Part shown: piece after piece, positions 17,420 to 28,413 of the stretch
How positions within the stretch are numbered: position 1 is the first letter of the stretch
Layout of the letters: each line of letters opens with the position of its first letter
Virus record (IMG/VR): IMGVR_UViG_3300006059_000003
Location: 1-63,933 of that record
DNA length: 63,933 bases
From: a virus
Taxonomy: Duplodnaviria > Caudoviricetes
Direction: 5' to 3' (one strand)
Notes under the pieces: generated by a model
Database searches by the model: none
Seen by the model: the letters and a program-made list of their open reading frames with translations, nothing else
What the model was told of the DNA's origin: nothing
Made by a program: the position numbers and the translations under genes

Positions 17420-18956
17420 TATACACCTTCAAATACAAATAGATCGTAGAGATGCTTTCTCTTCCTTTGAACATATCACTAAGTTTAGAAACTATGCTAA
17501 AGGGAAGCAAGACTCTACTCTTACTATAGAACAACAGAAAATGTTGGAAGGTGTATTAGGTAACGATTACTGCGATAATATTTGTGGAGAAATTCTATCA
17601 GAACATACTTCGAGATTAGAAGTAGATCGTGTTACCTGCGAAGATGATACAGTACAAGAATGGTTAGATGATTTCCTACAGAGGCATCGTTTTGAGGATT
17701 TACAGGAACGAACCCATCGTCATACTTTACGGGACGGTAATTTCTGCTTAATGCCTTATTATGACCCTGATTTAAATAGGATTCTTCCTTCCAGAGAAAA
17801 ATGGTGGGACGGATTTTCTGGTGTATTTATTGGATATGATACCTCTGGTGGTATACTTTATGCAGTAAAGGAGTGGAATACTCTTATAGGTAGACGACGT
17901 ACTATTTACTACGAAGGATTTATGGAACGGTATATTGCTATAGGTTCTACAAATACCTGGCAACCATATATTTCCCTAAGTGATATGTCTATCTTAGGAT
18001 TAACTTCTACTACTGCTCTCCCTGGAATACAGCAAAACTCTAGCCCTATAGGAATTCCATATGTTGACCAACCGGACATACCATTACATATTCCTTTTGT
18101 TCATTTCTCTAATCCTGGCGATGATGATAATTATGGTACCTCAATTTTCGATGGAGGAATTGTAGGTGGTCAAGATCAAGTAAATGATGTACAGTATGAT
18201 ATGAGTGCCGCAGGTAGAATGAACGGTTATCAGCGTACATGGTCTAAAGGCTACAAACTAAAGCAAATTAATGGAGTTACTGTACAACCTAGAACAGGTC
18301 CGGGAGTACATTATCATTCTCCAGAAAAAGATGCGGCATGGGGAACCTTACAAGCAGGTTCTATAGATGAACTAATAAAACTCTATAATGCTAAAGTAGG
18401 TTCTCTATGTAGAGTTACTGGAACCCCTAACCATGTTATTACTGGTAATTGGCCTAGTGGAGAAGCTGCATATAAACTAGAAAGTCCAATTCGTGGGCGT
18501 ACAAAATCTAGACAGAAACGAATGGCTCCTTCCTGGGTAGAGTATGTACATAGGTGTATAGAATTAGCTAATATTTATCAAGATGCAGAACTTGATGAAG
18601 AAGCTATGCTTACTTGTGTATATACTGATGCTGGCGACCGTGACCCACTTACAGAGGCTATGTCTGATTTCTCCTTCTGGCAAGCCGCACAAATTGCACT
18701 TCAATGTGGATTACCTTTAGTTGATTTTCTACGAATCAATGGATGGGGAGAAGATCAAATTAAGGGTATATCTAATAACATTGTAATAGTTCCTCCTGAT
18801 GCTTTAATCCCTACAGGTCCAGGTTCTACAGTTCCTAACCCTGAAGGAAATAATGGTGGTCCCTCTAAATCCCCTGGAGGAATAAGACCTAATGCCCCTA
18901 ATACCGGACAAAAGCCAACTAAAGCAACTCAAAAAACAGCACGAAAACAAGGATAA
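17289..18956 (+). CDS. Portal protein (SPP1 gp6-like)
   Basis: GGAGA RBS; follows TerL; NYAKGKQ, HFSN, PSGEA motifs typical of SPP1-type portals. Confidence 0.8.
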   Translation: MATVKIKSVSTRSSPTRRGILASTGMVKDYQEKSLKKLREGVADIHLQIQIDRRDAFSSFEHITKFRNYAKGKQDSTLTIEQQKMLEGVLGNDYCDNICGEILSEHTSRLEVDRVTCEDDTVQEWLDDFLQRHRFEDLQERTHRHTLRDGNFCLMPYYDPDLNRILPSREKWWDGFSGVFIGYDTSGGILYAVKEWNTLIGRRRTIYYEGFMERYIAIGSTNTWQPYISLSDMSILGLTSTTALPGIQQNSSPIGIPYVDQPDIPLHIPFVHFSNPGDDDNYGTSIFDGGIVGGQDQVNDVQYDMSAAGRMNGYQRTWSKGYKLKQINGVTVQPRTGPGVHYHSPEKDAAWGTLQAGSIDELIKLYNAKVGSLCRVTGTPNHVITGNWPSGEAAYKLESPIRGRTKSRQKRMAPSWVEYVHRCIELANIYQDAELDEEAMLTCVYTDAGDRDPLTEAMSDFSFWQAAQIALQCGLPLVDFLRINGWGEDQIKGISNNIVIVPPDALIPTGPGSTVPNPEGNNGGPSKSPGGIRPNAPNTGQKPTKATQKTARKQG

Positions 18957-18991
18957 CACACAACTTTAACTTCTAAGGAAACCAACAAACA

Positions 18992-19678
18992 ATGAAAACA
19001 TTCCCTTTGCAATTTGCTAATAGTTTCTCTCCTTTCCAGAGATTTGAGGCTCCTGTATTTTTTGCAGTTGATGATGGTAAAGGTGGAATAGTAGAAAAAA
19101 CAGCAGAAGAGATAGCTAAAGAAAAAGAAGAAGCAGATAAGAAAGCGGCAGAAACTAAGCCTTTTGATATAGCTACACTTCCTACAGAACAACAAGAAGC
19201 TATTAAGAAGATGATAGCTGATTCTGTTACAGAAGCTACTACTAAATCTTCTGCACAAGCTATTAAGGATAAGGAAGATGCAGATAAGAAAGCAGAACGA
19301 GATAGGAAACTTGCAGAAGCTAAGACTAAAGGCGATAAAGACGCAGAAACTGCACTTCGTCTTGAACAACTTGAAGAAGATAATAAGAAATTACGAATAG
19401 CAAACGAAGCGGCTTTAAAGAGTAACGAAGAAGCACAGAAAATTAGAATTGCTTCTCGCTTAGGTCTTCCTGATGGTTTCCATTCCAGACTATTAGGTTC
19501 TACACCAGAAGAATGGGAAAAAGATGCTAAGGATTTAGCAAAGACTTTACCTACTGTAAAACCTAAACCTGGAGATACAGACCCAGGTAATAAAGATGTA
19601 AAATCTTCTGCTAAGTTACAACAAGATACTGCTAACAAAATTGCAGGAGGTATTCTAAAGAGTGTTGGATTTAACTAA
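18992..19678 (+). CDS. Capsid scaffolding protein
   Basis: Charged coiled coil, GLP...RLLGSTPEE motif, between portal and MCP. Confidence 0.75.
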   Translation: MKTFPLQFANSFSPFQRFEAPVFFAVDDGKGGIVEKTAEEIAKEKEEADKKAAETKPFDIATLPTEQQEAIKKMIADSVTEATTKSSAQAIKDKEDADKKAERDRKLAEAKTKGDKDAETALRLEQLEEDNKKLRIANEAALKSNEEAQKIRIASRLGLPDGFHSRLLGSTPEEWEKDAKDLAKTLPTVKPKPGDTDPGNKDVKSSAKLQQDTANKIAGGILKSVGFN

Positions 19679-19711
19679 CTTTGTGTTATTTCTACGAGAG
19701 GATAATGTTTA

Positions 19712-20515
19712 ATGTCTACAGTTGTTAAAAGTGCAACAGGCGTATCGCTAGCTACAGTACTTCCAGATTCAGGAAGTATGATTGGTCCTATTGGTGATGT
19801 TGCTACACCTGCATATCGTACAGGAGGAGCAGGACAGAAACTCGATTCAGGAGATTTATGTTATGTAAATTCTTCTGGAGAAGTTATGCCAGCATTGGAG
19901 GATCAGACCGGCACAACTGCCGCTGTCAATGATGTACAAACTATGGGTGCATCACAGAATACTTCTAATGTATCTGCCGGAGGATATGTACTTGGCTATA
20001 AGGGAGTATACACTGCACTTCTTGCATACAATGCTTCTGCTGGTACAGTACAGACGGCTATTCAAGCCCTTTCTACAGTTGGTGCAGGAAATATCTTAGT
20101 TACTTCGACATTCCCTAACTTTGTGTTTACTGCCGCTAGTGGACTTGCAGGAACTCCACTTGATCTCATTGAAGTACAACCTTCACTTGTTGATTTAACT
20201 TCACAATACCCTGTTACCTTATCTATGGTACATACTACTATGGGGCTACCTATAGGGGCATCAGGTGCGGAACAAGCGCAATCCCGTGTGTTCGGTATGA
20301 CTATGAAGAAATACAATAGAGGAGAACCTGTAACTCTCTATCATGGTGTAATTATGATGTACTCTGATGGAAATCTTACACCTGGGGCAGACTACTATCT
20401 CTCTGGAACAGTACCAGGAGCATTAGATACTGCACGTACTTTAGCTGTTGGTGTTCAATTTCCTGTTGCTAGAGCAATAGATTCTCAACGTCTTTGGGTA
20501 TTTCACGTAAGGTAA
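19712..20515 (+). CDS. Capsid decoration/cement protein
   Basis: GD.CY...GEPVT...TPGADYYLSGTVPG cement-like fold with an inserted ALSTVGAGN domain. Confidence 0.6.
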   Translation: MSTVVKSATGVSLATVLPDSGSMIGPIGDVATPAYRTGGAGQKLDSGDLCYVNSSGEVMPALEDQTGTTAAVNDVQTMGASQNTSNVSAGGYVLGYKGVYTALLAYNASAGTVQTAIQALSTVGAGNILVTSTFPNFVFTAASGLAGTPLDLIEVQPSLVDLTSQYPVTLSMVHTTMGLPIGASGAEQAQSRVFGMTMKKYNRGEPVTLYHGVIMMYSDGNLTPGADYYLSGTVPGALDTARTLAVGVQFPVARAIDSQRLWVFHVR

Positions 20516-20600
20516 TAATTAACTGCTATCTATATTGTAGTTTCTATTATCTCCTCTCTACTTTAATGTTTAATTTCTTAAGAAAGGTCAATCAAAAAGG

Positions 20601-21722
20601 ATGCCTTTACCTCTTTTTGGTACAAATACTTCCTTCGAATCGTTAGTTGCAAATAATCAAACTATTGCACAACTTGGTCCTGATGGGCAGAAGCATGTAT
20701 GGGATGGTATAGCTTCTCTACTTAATGCTTTTAATGCACAACAGAAGGAACTTGTTTCTCAATTTTGTGAAAGAACTACAGGTCGTCTTCGTAAGTACGG
20801 AGGTGGCAAGCGGTTCCGTATGCAACGTACCGATGAATTCGGTCGTGGTAATGCGCAGAAAATGCTGGTAGGTTCTTATGTTGGATTTCCTATGGAAAAA
20901 TATGAAATCGCAACACAGTGGACTGCTACTGCTCGTAAGAACATGAAGGTTTCTGAGATTGCCGCACAAGTTACAGCAGTTGTAACTGCTTCTGCCACAG
21001 GAGTTATTGGTAACATCAAGACAGCACTTATGGGAGGAGTTAATTATATTTTCTCCGACTATCTTGTCGATCACGTTGATAACCAGTTTTCTCTTCCAGT
21101 GAAAGCGTTGCTTAATGCTGATGGGCAGGTAATTCCTCCAGGTCCGAATGGAGAAACTTTCAACGGTTCCACGCACACTCACTACCTTGCTAGTGTAGTT
21201 CTTACAAACTCCTGGTTAGTTGCACTTGTTGATACTGTAGTACAACATGTCAATAACGGAGTTCCTGTGATGTGGATTAACTACGCTGATGCTGATGCAG
21301 TTTCTGCACTCCCTTCATTCAAGGAACTTGTATATTCTACAACACAGAAATCAGCTAATCAGGAGTATGGCGAAGGAGTACTTGACCCTGTAAATATTAA
21401 CAATCGACAAATCGGTTGGTTTAGGGGTGCGGCGGTATGGGTAAAACCATTTTGGCCTGCGAATTATTTCCTATGCTTTATCGCCGCTACTGCACAAGGT
21501 AAACCACTTGCATTTCGAGTAAGGGGTACAGACCCCAATGGCGGTGAGGAAGTTCCTGATGCTGGCGATCTTGTTCTAATTTATGAGGATGAAGAACATC
21601 CTCTAAGGGCTACAGGTTGGGAACAAGAATACGGTATTGGAGTTTGGGGTAGAAACTTAGCCGCTATTGGTTATGTCGGGGCATCTACCTATGTAATTCC
21701 TGATACTACTACTTTCTTCTGA
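20601..21722 (+). CDS. Major capsid protein
   Basis: 373 aa; position after scaffold; NADG..IPPGPNGETFNG.THTH motif. Confidence 0.8.
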   Translation: MPLPLFGTNTSFESLVANNQTIAQLGPDGQKHVWDGIASLLNAFNAQQKELVSQFCERTTGRLRKYGGGKRFRMQRTDEFGRGNAQKMLVGSYVGFPMEKYEIATQWTATARKNMKVSEIAAQVTAVVTASATGVIGNIKTALMGGVNYIFSDYLVDHVDNQFSLPVKALLNADGQVIPPGPNGETFNGSTHTHYLASVVLTNSWLVALVDTVVQHVNNGVPVMWINYADADAVSALPSFKELVYSTTQKSANQEYGEGVLDPVNINNRQIGWFRGAAVWVKPFWPANYFLCFIAATAQGKPLAFRVRGTDPNGGEEVPDAGDLVLIYEDEEHPLRATGWEQEYGIGVWGRNLAAIGYVGASTYVIPDTTTFF

Positions 21723-21855
21723 TAGTAATTACAGCAATCCTCTCATTCTGTATACCATTTCCTTTCCAGGGAAAATAAGGCAAGCAGGGAAGAGAGAGAA
21801 GGATTCCACACACAAAACTAAATTAAGTTAAGAAGCTAAGGAAATATCAAAAACA

Positions 21856-22218
21856 ATGTCAGAATCAATTCAAAGTACACAAACAAAGTCTAATGCAGAA
21901 CTTCTAGGTAGAGGTAAGAAGGTTAAAGTTTCTACAGCTAATAAGCCAGTAAAACAAGCTATAGTAGTTAGGGATTTATACGACCGGGAAGAGGATTACG
22001 ACGTACCTCATAGCGGTTCTGTAGATGAAGAAACTGGACGACCTTTATATGATGAAGCACCTGTTCCTGGTGGGAGATTTGCAGTAATTCAAAAGCAAGG
22101 TGCAAATATTAAGATTGATCTACTAAACGCAAAAGGCGATGTTATTGATGCAGATGGTAATATCCTAAAAGAAGCACCTAAACTTGATGCAACAAATCTT
22201 CCTCTACTGTTAGTGTAA
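21856..22218 (+). CDS. Hypothetical head-region protein
   Basis: TAAGGA RBS; VPGGRF motif. Confidence 0.65.
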   Translation: MSESIQSTQTKSNAELLGRGKKVKVSTANKPVKQAIVVRDLYDREEDYDVPHSGSVDEETGRPLYDEAPVPGGRFAVIQKQGANIKIDLLNAKGDVIDADGNILKEAPKLDATNLPLLLV

Positions 22219-22245
22219 ATTCTTTCTCAGGAGATACAACCCGTT

Positions 22246-23070
22246 ATGCAAGCCGGAACTATCCAACTAATAAAAGAATCTGTTGATTTAGGTGTAAATT
22301 ATATACTAACTAATCCTAATACAATAGTCTTTGCACCTGATGGTAGTCAGAAAACTGTAGTACCTGTTGTATCTCCTGATGTAGCAGTGTCTTCTAATCC
22401 TCATAATTTTACTGCAAGATATACTCCTACTATGGGGGGATTACATCAGGCTATATTCCAGTTTCTTGTAGGGTCTGAAACTCTATACAGTACTGTTAAT
22501 TTCTGGATTACATGGCAGGATATTTACCCTCTATTAAGAACTAAATTAGGGGTAAATAAAGTACAGTTACCTGATATCTTAATTGACTTAGAATTTACTA
22601 CTATCTATCAGTGGCTATTTACTCTTACAGGAGATACACTTCCTACATACTATCAGTTTAATGCAGATTATCAACTTAGATTTGATACTGGTATGCTATA
22701 CTTACTTGCTTCTCGTCTTCGTCCTACTATTGGAGGAACTGCATCAGCAGGTAACATTACTCTGTTCAAAAAAGGAACTACTACAGTAGAGTACTCAGAT
22801 CGTGATCCTAAACGTAGAACATCTATAGAAGATATATGGTGGGACCAGGGTATTGATTATCTTCAAACAATTTCTACTGAAATACAGCTTGCCATTAATA
22901 ATGACCGTCCGGGTGATATGATTATGACTAGAACTGTAGAAGGTTTACCTTTAGGAAATAATCATCCTCTGTCTAATGGTAATATTGGTTGGCAAATTGG
23001 AGTAGGTGGAGGAACTGTGTATTCTATAGATCAATACTTAACTAGGAGAAGATCGCGATGTACTCCCTAG
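22246..23070 (+). CDS. Head-tail adaptor (putative)
   Basis: Position in the neck cluster; C-terminal helical adaptor-like region. Confidence 0.5.
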   Translation: MQAGTIQLIKESVDLGVNYILTNPNTIVFAPDGSQKTVVPVVSPDVAVSSNPHNFTARYTPTMGGLHQAIFQFLVGSETLYSTVNFWITWQDIYPLLRTKLGVNKVQLPDILIDLEFTTIYQWLFTLTGDTLPTYYQFNADYQLRFDTGMLYLLASRLRPTIGGTASAGNITLFKKGTTTVEYSDRDPKRRTSIEDIWWDQGIDYLQTISTEIQLAINNDRPGDMIMTRTVEGLPLGNNHPLSNGNIGWQIGVGGGTVYSIDQYLTRRRSRCTP

Positions 23071-23474
23071 GTGTACTTAATAATGTACGCGCCCTATCTA
23101 ATTCTACTTTAACCGATACCTGTAATTACTACCGTTTTCAAACAGCACAAACTCTATCTAATCCTCTAATGCACACTACAGGAGATGTGCAGGAAGTTTA
23201 TGATTCTGCAATAGTAATGTCATGTAGGGTAGATGAAATCACAAATGATATACTTACCGAAAGAACTAAAGCAAGTATTGATGTAGCAAAACTACAGAGA
23301 TTTATCTATCTCTCACTTGATGATTTAGTTACTAACGGAATTACTCCTAAACTTAGAGATAAGATAGAAACTAATGCAGGTTCACCTAATGGAGAGTTAA
23401 TGAGGTTTAGAGTAGTTTCTGTAGACACTGAAACAGATGAAATTGATGTTATTCTTCTTATAGAAGTAATGTAA
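23058..23474 (+). CDS. Head-tail connector / stopper (putative)
   Basis: Position and size; TLTDTC...PKLRDKI...FRVVSV pattern. Confidence 0.5.
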   Translation: MYSLGVLNNVRALSNSTLTDTCNYYRFQTAQTLSNPLMHTTGDVQEVYDSAIVMSCRVDEITNDILTERTKASIDVAKLQRFIYLSLDDLVTNGITPKLRDKIETNAGSPNGELMRFRVVSVDTETDEIDVILLIEVM

Positions 23475-23486
23475 GGAGATAATCTA

Positions 23487-24008
23487 GTGGCAGATACAAG
23501 AAATAGACTTAACCTAAAAGCTATTCAGAAGATACGTACTAATGTCAGAGCGGCTATTAGAAGTGCTACTTTCAATACTGCTTTACAAGTAGCCGCTGAT
23601 GCCGCAGAACTTGCACCTAAAGACACAACCTATCTTCGGGAAAGCATTTACGTTTCTACTGCTAATTTCTCTGGATATGAAGCATCATTAGCATCTTCTA
23701 CAGATCAATTTAATAGTGCTGTTGCTGTAGGAAAAACTCCTAAAGGAAGATACATTAGTAACTACTCTAAGAGTCGTTATCAGTCTTTTGAAAAAGTAAC
23801 CACAGAAAATCCAGATGAAGCTATTGTAGTAGTTGGGGCGCGACATGGAATATTTGCGGAATTCTCTTCCAGAGAAGGTAAGCGGTTTCTGGAAAAAGCA
23901 ATCTACATGAATCGTGGAAGACTTACAGAAGAGATACGAGATTCTCTAAATGGCTTATGTGTATCTGCACAAAGAAATCTATTTAGCACTAAAGAATTAG
24001 AGGATTGA
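23487..24008 (+). CDS. HK97 gp10-like tail completion protein
   Basis: APKDTTYLRESI...HGIFAEF...RFLEKA. Confidence 0.7.
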   Translation: MADTRNRLNLKAIQKIRTNVRAAIRSATFNTALQVAADAAELAPKDTTYLRESIYVSTANFSGYEASLASSTDQFNSAVAVGKTPKGRYISNYSKSRYQSFEKVTTENPDEAIVVVGARHGIFAEFSSREGKRFLEKAIYMNRGRLTEEIRDSLNGLCVSAQRNLFSTKELED

Positions 24009-24015
24009 TTATATT

Positions 24016-24510
24016 ATGATTCATGGTAATGAAGTAACTACACTTGCTAGGTACATATATAGTCAATTACTTTCTACTCCTTATTGGAGTACAGTTCTTG
24101 CACCTAATGGGTCTAACTTCTTTAGAGAATCAATTCCTGTAGGAGTTAGATTAGAAAATGTAAGTGCAATATTTGAGCAAATACACTCTGAGGATACCAG
24201 AGGGGCTTTTGGATATAAACTATTTTCAGAAGGTGTATATGAAATAAGAGCAGTTTGTGAAGGTAGTGATTATTCAAAACTTGAATTAGCCGCTAATGCA
24301 ATAGATTCTGTATTTGATTGGCAGAACATATTTGATACCAATGCCGGACGATGTAAGTCTCAGGATATTTATGTTGACCCAGTAACTACAGATACTATGA
24401 CTGTAATGTGTATGTTACGAAATGGCCCTGCAATATACCCTAGTAATATTGATGGAGTTAATTACTGTCACTTAGGTGGTACTTACTATATACAGTATAG
24501 GGTAGAATAA
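24016..24510 (+). CDS. Tail terminator (putative)
   Basis: Position before tail genes; YCHLGGTY C-terminal pattern. Confidence 0.55.
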   Translation: MIHGNEVTTLARYIYSQLLSTPYWSTVLAPNGSNFFRESIPVGVRLENVSAIFEQIHSEDTRGAFGYKLFSEGVYEIRAVCEGSDYSKLELAANAIDSVFDWQNIFDTNAGRCKSQDIYVDPVTTDTMTVMCMLRNGPAIYPSNIDGVNYCHLGGTYYIQYRVE

Positions 24511-24528
24511 GAAAGTAGAGTAATCTAC

Positions 24529-25560
24529 ATGTCAGCAACTCTCCTTTTAGATACTAATGTACACTCCGGTTATGTAGTATCTTCTACTACTACTTTTAAT
24601 GTAAATCTTACTACTAATGGTCCTAACAGAATTGCTGTCCTATATATAGAAACTAATAGTGGTACTACAAGTACCATAGCTTCTATTACAGGAGGTGGAA
24701 CATGGGTAAAAAGAAATACAGATCAATCAGGTAATTACGAATTATGGACTTGTAACCTATCTGCTCAACAAACAAGTACTACAGTTACAGTAACTACTAC
24801 ATTAGCTACTACAAATTTAGGTCTAATATTAGATACTTTCTATACATCTGGAAGTCTAATGATTCCTATATTTGATAATATACACTCTAGTACATGGTCT
24901 TCTGCAATTAATAATCCTACAGGTACTATAACTACAATAGTTGATAATACTTCTGTAGTTGGGTATTGCTATGGAAGTCTAGGTTCTGCTGGTAGTTTAA
25001 GTGCAGGAACAGGATTTACACTTAATGGTACAGTGTCATGGAACTTTGGTCAATCATTTATAGGTAGTGAGATAAAGAATGTAGATACTTCTACTGGAGG
25101 AACTGCTGTATCTGTACCTTTTAGTACTTCTGTAAGTGCTACAGCAGGTTCTTTAATCTGCGTGTCATTTACTTTCATGCCTCCTGTACTTGCTCCTCCT
25201 AATAGTGTAACTGCTACATATATTTCAGGCATTAATGGTAATCCTGGGTATATATCTATCTCCTGGCCTAACCCTGGTAATGGTTTCGTAGGTTCTGGAT
25301 TTAAACTATATCGGTCTTCTAATGAAACTCTTTTAAAGAAGAATGGCGTACCTTCTCTTATAGGCGTACAACCTCCATCTACGTTCTCCTACATCCCATG
25401 GGGAACAAACACTGTAATAGATAGATCATGCGCATATCCTGCAACTGATAATGGTGATAATATTTACACTTACTATATATCTACAGTAGATGCTACTACT
25501 AATCCAATTTCAGAAAGTACTTTATCAACAGGAAGTTCTCCTACAACTTTCCTGGGATAG
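24529..25560 (+). CDS. Virion accessory protein with C-terminal FN3-like domain (paralog 1)
   Basis: Thr/Ser-rich; ISW..P...FKLYR...YTYYIS FN3 pattern. Confidence 0.65.
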   Translation: MSATLLLDTNVHSGYVVSSTTTFNVNLTTNGPNRIAVLYIETNSGTTSTIASITGGGTWVKRNTDQSGNYELWTCNLSAQQTSTTVTVTTTLATTNLGLILDTFYTSGSLMIPIFDNIHSSTWSSAINNPTGTITTIVDNTSVVGYCYGSLGSAGSLSAGTGFTLNGTVSWNFGQSFIGSEIKNVDTSTGGTAVSVPFSTSVSATAGSLICVSFTFMPPVLAPPNSVTATYISGINGNPGYISISWPNPGNGFVGSGFKLYRSSNETLLKKNGVPSLIGVQPPSTFSYIPWGTNTVIDRSCAYPATDNGDNIYTYYISTVDATTNPISESTLSTGSSPTTFLG

Positions 25561-25597
25561 GAATTTCCCTTCCAGGGAAAGAAAGGTTTCCGATTAA

Positions 25598-26632
25598 ATG
25601 GCAGGAACCGTCCTAAAAGATGGAACAAATAAAACTGCATATTCAGGTAGTACTGTAACTACTATAGCAGTAACTCTTACAACAGCGGCAATTAACAGGT
25701 TAGCAGTACTTTATATCTACTGTGGTAACACTACAGTAGTAAGTGTAATATCTGCTGGACTAACATGGACTCTACGTGATAGGACAAATACAGGTTATGA
25801 GATATGGACTGCACCTGTAGCGGCAGTAAAAACTGCACTAACTACTACTGTAACTGTTGCTGTTGCACAAGCTATCCTTAATGTGATAATGGATTCGTTC
25901 TATATTACAGGTAATACGTATATTCCTACAGTAGATGCAGTAGTTGCTACTACATTCAATAATACACTAACTCCTGTAGGTAATGTAGTAACTCAGTCTC
26001 CAACTACTACTATTGTCTCATACATTGTAGCTGTAGGGAATGCCACAATAACTCCTACTGCTGGAGGTGGATTTACTCTATCAAACTCACAGACATGGAG
26101 TGCAGGTGGTTCAATGCAAGCATCTGAATTTGCTACATTTGATACACCTAATACTGGTAGCCCTGTAAGTGCAGGATTTACTCTTAACAATGTATGTTCT
26201 GGATTTATGACTACTCTGTCGTTATCTGGAACTCCTGGACCACTTGTTACTAATGTTCCACAACCTACATCTATAACTGCTACATATAATGCAGGAGTTA
26301 ATGGAAACCCTGGAAGTATAACAGTAGGATGGACTCCTCCTTCTGGGCAAACTACTAATCCTACAGGCTATTTAGTGTACCGTGTCTCTAATGCGTCTCT
26401 AGCTGGAGGAAATGGAGTACCTAAAAGAGTCTCTGCCCTTGCTCCTTATGCAGAAGTTGCTTTTGGAACTAACGCTTTTGTAGATAAGAATATGGGATAC
26501 CCTGCTATTGAAAGCGGAGGAAATATCTATACTTACTATGTAACTGCTGTATACGATAATATCACTGTTGCACCACCTTATTTAGAAGGTCTACTTTCTT
26601 CACCTTCTGCAACTGCAACCTTCCTGGGATAA
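25598..26632 (+). CDS. Virion accessory protein with C-terminal FN3-like domain (paralog 2)
   Basis: Shares NRxAVLYI, NGNPG, NGVP, YPA...NIYTYY and TFLG end with 24529. Confidence 0.65.
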   Translation: MAGTVLKDGTNKTAYSGSTVTTIAVTLTTAAINRLAVLYIYCGNTTVVSVISAGLTWTLRDRTNTGYEIWTAPVAAVKTALTTTVTVAVAQAILNVIMDSFYITGNTYIPTVDAVVATTFNNTLTPVGNVVTQSPTTTIVSYIVAVGNATITPTAGGGFTLSNSQTWSAGGSMQASEFATFDTPNTGSPVSAGFTLNNVCSGFMTTLSLSGTPGPLVTNVPQPTSITATYNAGVNGNPGSITVGWTPPSGQTTNPTGYLVYRVSNASLAGGNGVPKRVSALAPYAEVAFGTNAFVDKNMGYPAIESGGNIYTYYVTAVYDNITVAPPYLEGLLSSPSATATFLG

Positions 26633-26680
26633 GGATAGATTCTCTTCCAGAGAAAGGAAGAGGGAAAGGTTTTCCTCTAA

Positions 26681-27667
26681 ATGCTAAGAGGCGCAAAGTT
26701 AAGGGGTTTTCAATTTGCCCCAGAATCTACAGCAGGAACATTAATACCTGCAAATAAACTTATGAAGAATGGTACGTTTAAGAACAAGCGTACACCTAAT
26801 AAGAAACGAGTAGAGGCAGAAGGGCATCGTCACGCTATAGGACAGCAAAAGGGTAAACGTTGGTCGGAATGGAGTATCTCCGGTCAATTAGGTTATTCTT
26901 TTCTTTCCTACATAGGTGCAGGATTATTTGGTCCAGTTTCTCCAACAAACCCTGCAACAGGAGCATATACTTACTCTTATGTAGAAGCTAATGCTACTCT
27001 TAATACTCCACAGACATTTTCTTTTGAATGGGGTAATTCTTTAGGGTCAAATTCCAAAATGGCTTTTGGAGTAATGACTGACTTTGATCTTAAAGTATCT
27101 CCTACAGATGCTTCTTATACCCTTAATGGTTTTGGTGCATACCCTATTAAGAATATCACCATGACTGCTAACCCTACTATCATATCTCCTGTAATTTGTG
27201 CAATCAGTGACTTTAAGATTAACTTCGCTATAAGTTATGCTAATCTAGCTACTGGTAAACTTCTTACAGCAAAAGCTATTGATATGGGAGTTAAAGGGAA
27301 GTACATGTATGAATTATTCATAGATGATGCTACCAATTCTATTGGAGGGGTTGTAGAGAAGGTTCCAGATTGTTCTGGAAAAATTACAGTTGCATTAGGT
27401 TCTGAATCAGATTACTTCCTTGCTAATCTAGAAAGTGATTCTCTTATTTATATGCAACTTGTAGGAACTGGACCTATTCTATATAATGCTGGTGGTGTAG
27501 GAAATGTGTATAGTCAAGTGATCTACACATGGGCCGCATATGTAGAAAATGAAGATGAAGGCGACACTGAGGAACTTGCTACAGGAACTTATGATTTCTA
27601 CTGTGGTGAAGATGTTGCCAATAATGATATGAGTCTAGTAGTAACTAATTACCTCTCTGGTTATTAA
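26681..27667 (+). CDS. Major tail (tube) protein
   Basis: QFAPESTAGT N-terminus, PQTFSFEWG; upstream of chaperone and TMP. Confidence 0.75.
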   Translation: MLRGAKLRGFQFAPESTAGTLIPANKLMKNGTFKNKRTPNKKRVEAEGHRHAIGQQKGKRWSEWSISGQLGYSFLSYIGAGLFGPVSPTNPATGAYTYSYVEANATLNTPQTFSFEWGNSLGSNSKMAFGVMTDFDLKVSPTDASYTLNGFGAYPIKNITMTANPTIISPVICAISDFKINFAISYANLATGKLLTAKAIDMGVKGKYMYELFIDDATNSIGGVVEKVPDCSGKITVALGSESDYFLANLESDSLIYMQLVGTGPILYNAGGVGNVYSQVIYTWAAYVENEDEGDTEELATGTYDFYCGEDVANNDMSLVVTNYLSGY

Positions 27668-27715
27668 TTTAATTAGTTTCTCTATCTCTATCTCTATCTA
27701 CTATAGGTAATCTGT

Positions 27716-28186
27716 ATGAAATCAAAAACAAGGAAACAAAGGTCAATTATTATGGGTGATATGAGTCAACGTAGGGAGACCGTTATTGGTCCCTTTTCTG
27801 TATTTCTTAATACTACTGAGATAGACTCTGCAACAGGTACACTTGTTACAGAAGACCATGAAGATGAAACTACGGGTAAGATTACTCGTAGGATTAAGAA
27901 AGAAACTACTCCTTTTCTTACTAAAGTCTACTATAAGAAGAATGTAATGAATGCTAATCTTCAACGAGAATTACGTGATCTAAATTCTCAAACCGAAATG
28001 GCAGGACTTACCTTAACAGTAGGAATTAAAGAACTCTCTAAGATTCTTCATTCATGGGATTTAACTGATGGAGGTAAAGCTGTACCTCCTACAGAACAAG
28101 GTATGCTTGATGCTAACTTAGACCCTGAGTTACTTTTTGCAGTAACTAATAGATTCTATGAAGCAATACAACCCCCAAAGCAATAG
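27716..28186 (+). CDS. Tail assembly chaperone (gpG-like)
   Basis: WDLTD...VPPT motif; slippery CCCAAAG just before the stop. Confidence 0.75.
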   Translation: MKSKTRKQRSIIMGDMSQRRETVIGPFSVFLNTTEIDSATGTLVTEDHEDETTGKITRRIKKETTPFLTKVYYKKNVMNANLQRELRDLNSQTEMAGLTLTVGIKELSKILHSWDLTDGGKAVPPTEQGMLDANLDPELLFAVTNRFYEAIQPPKQ

Positions 28187-28413
28187 CGGAGGAGATTGCT
28201 GTATATCTTATATCTGAGGGTATTAATGGTACTATGCCTAGAGAGTATGAGTTAATTCGTGCGGCAAAGTTACTTAATACACAACCTTGGATATTAGACG
28301 GAGCTTCTCCACTAGAACCTGTTCCGTTACACTGGATTAGTTGGGCTTTTGTATGTGAGAAAGCAGATAATTTAGTACAGAAGCATTTCACGGATGGAGG
28401 AGAAGACGATTAG
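27716..28413 (+). CDS. Frameshifted tail chaperone (gpGT-like, -1 at 28174-28180)
   Basis: X XXY YYZ heptamer C CCA AAG; -1 frame open to TAG at 28411-28413 (AAKLLNTQPW...). Confidence 0.75.
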
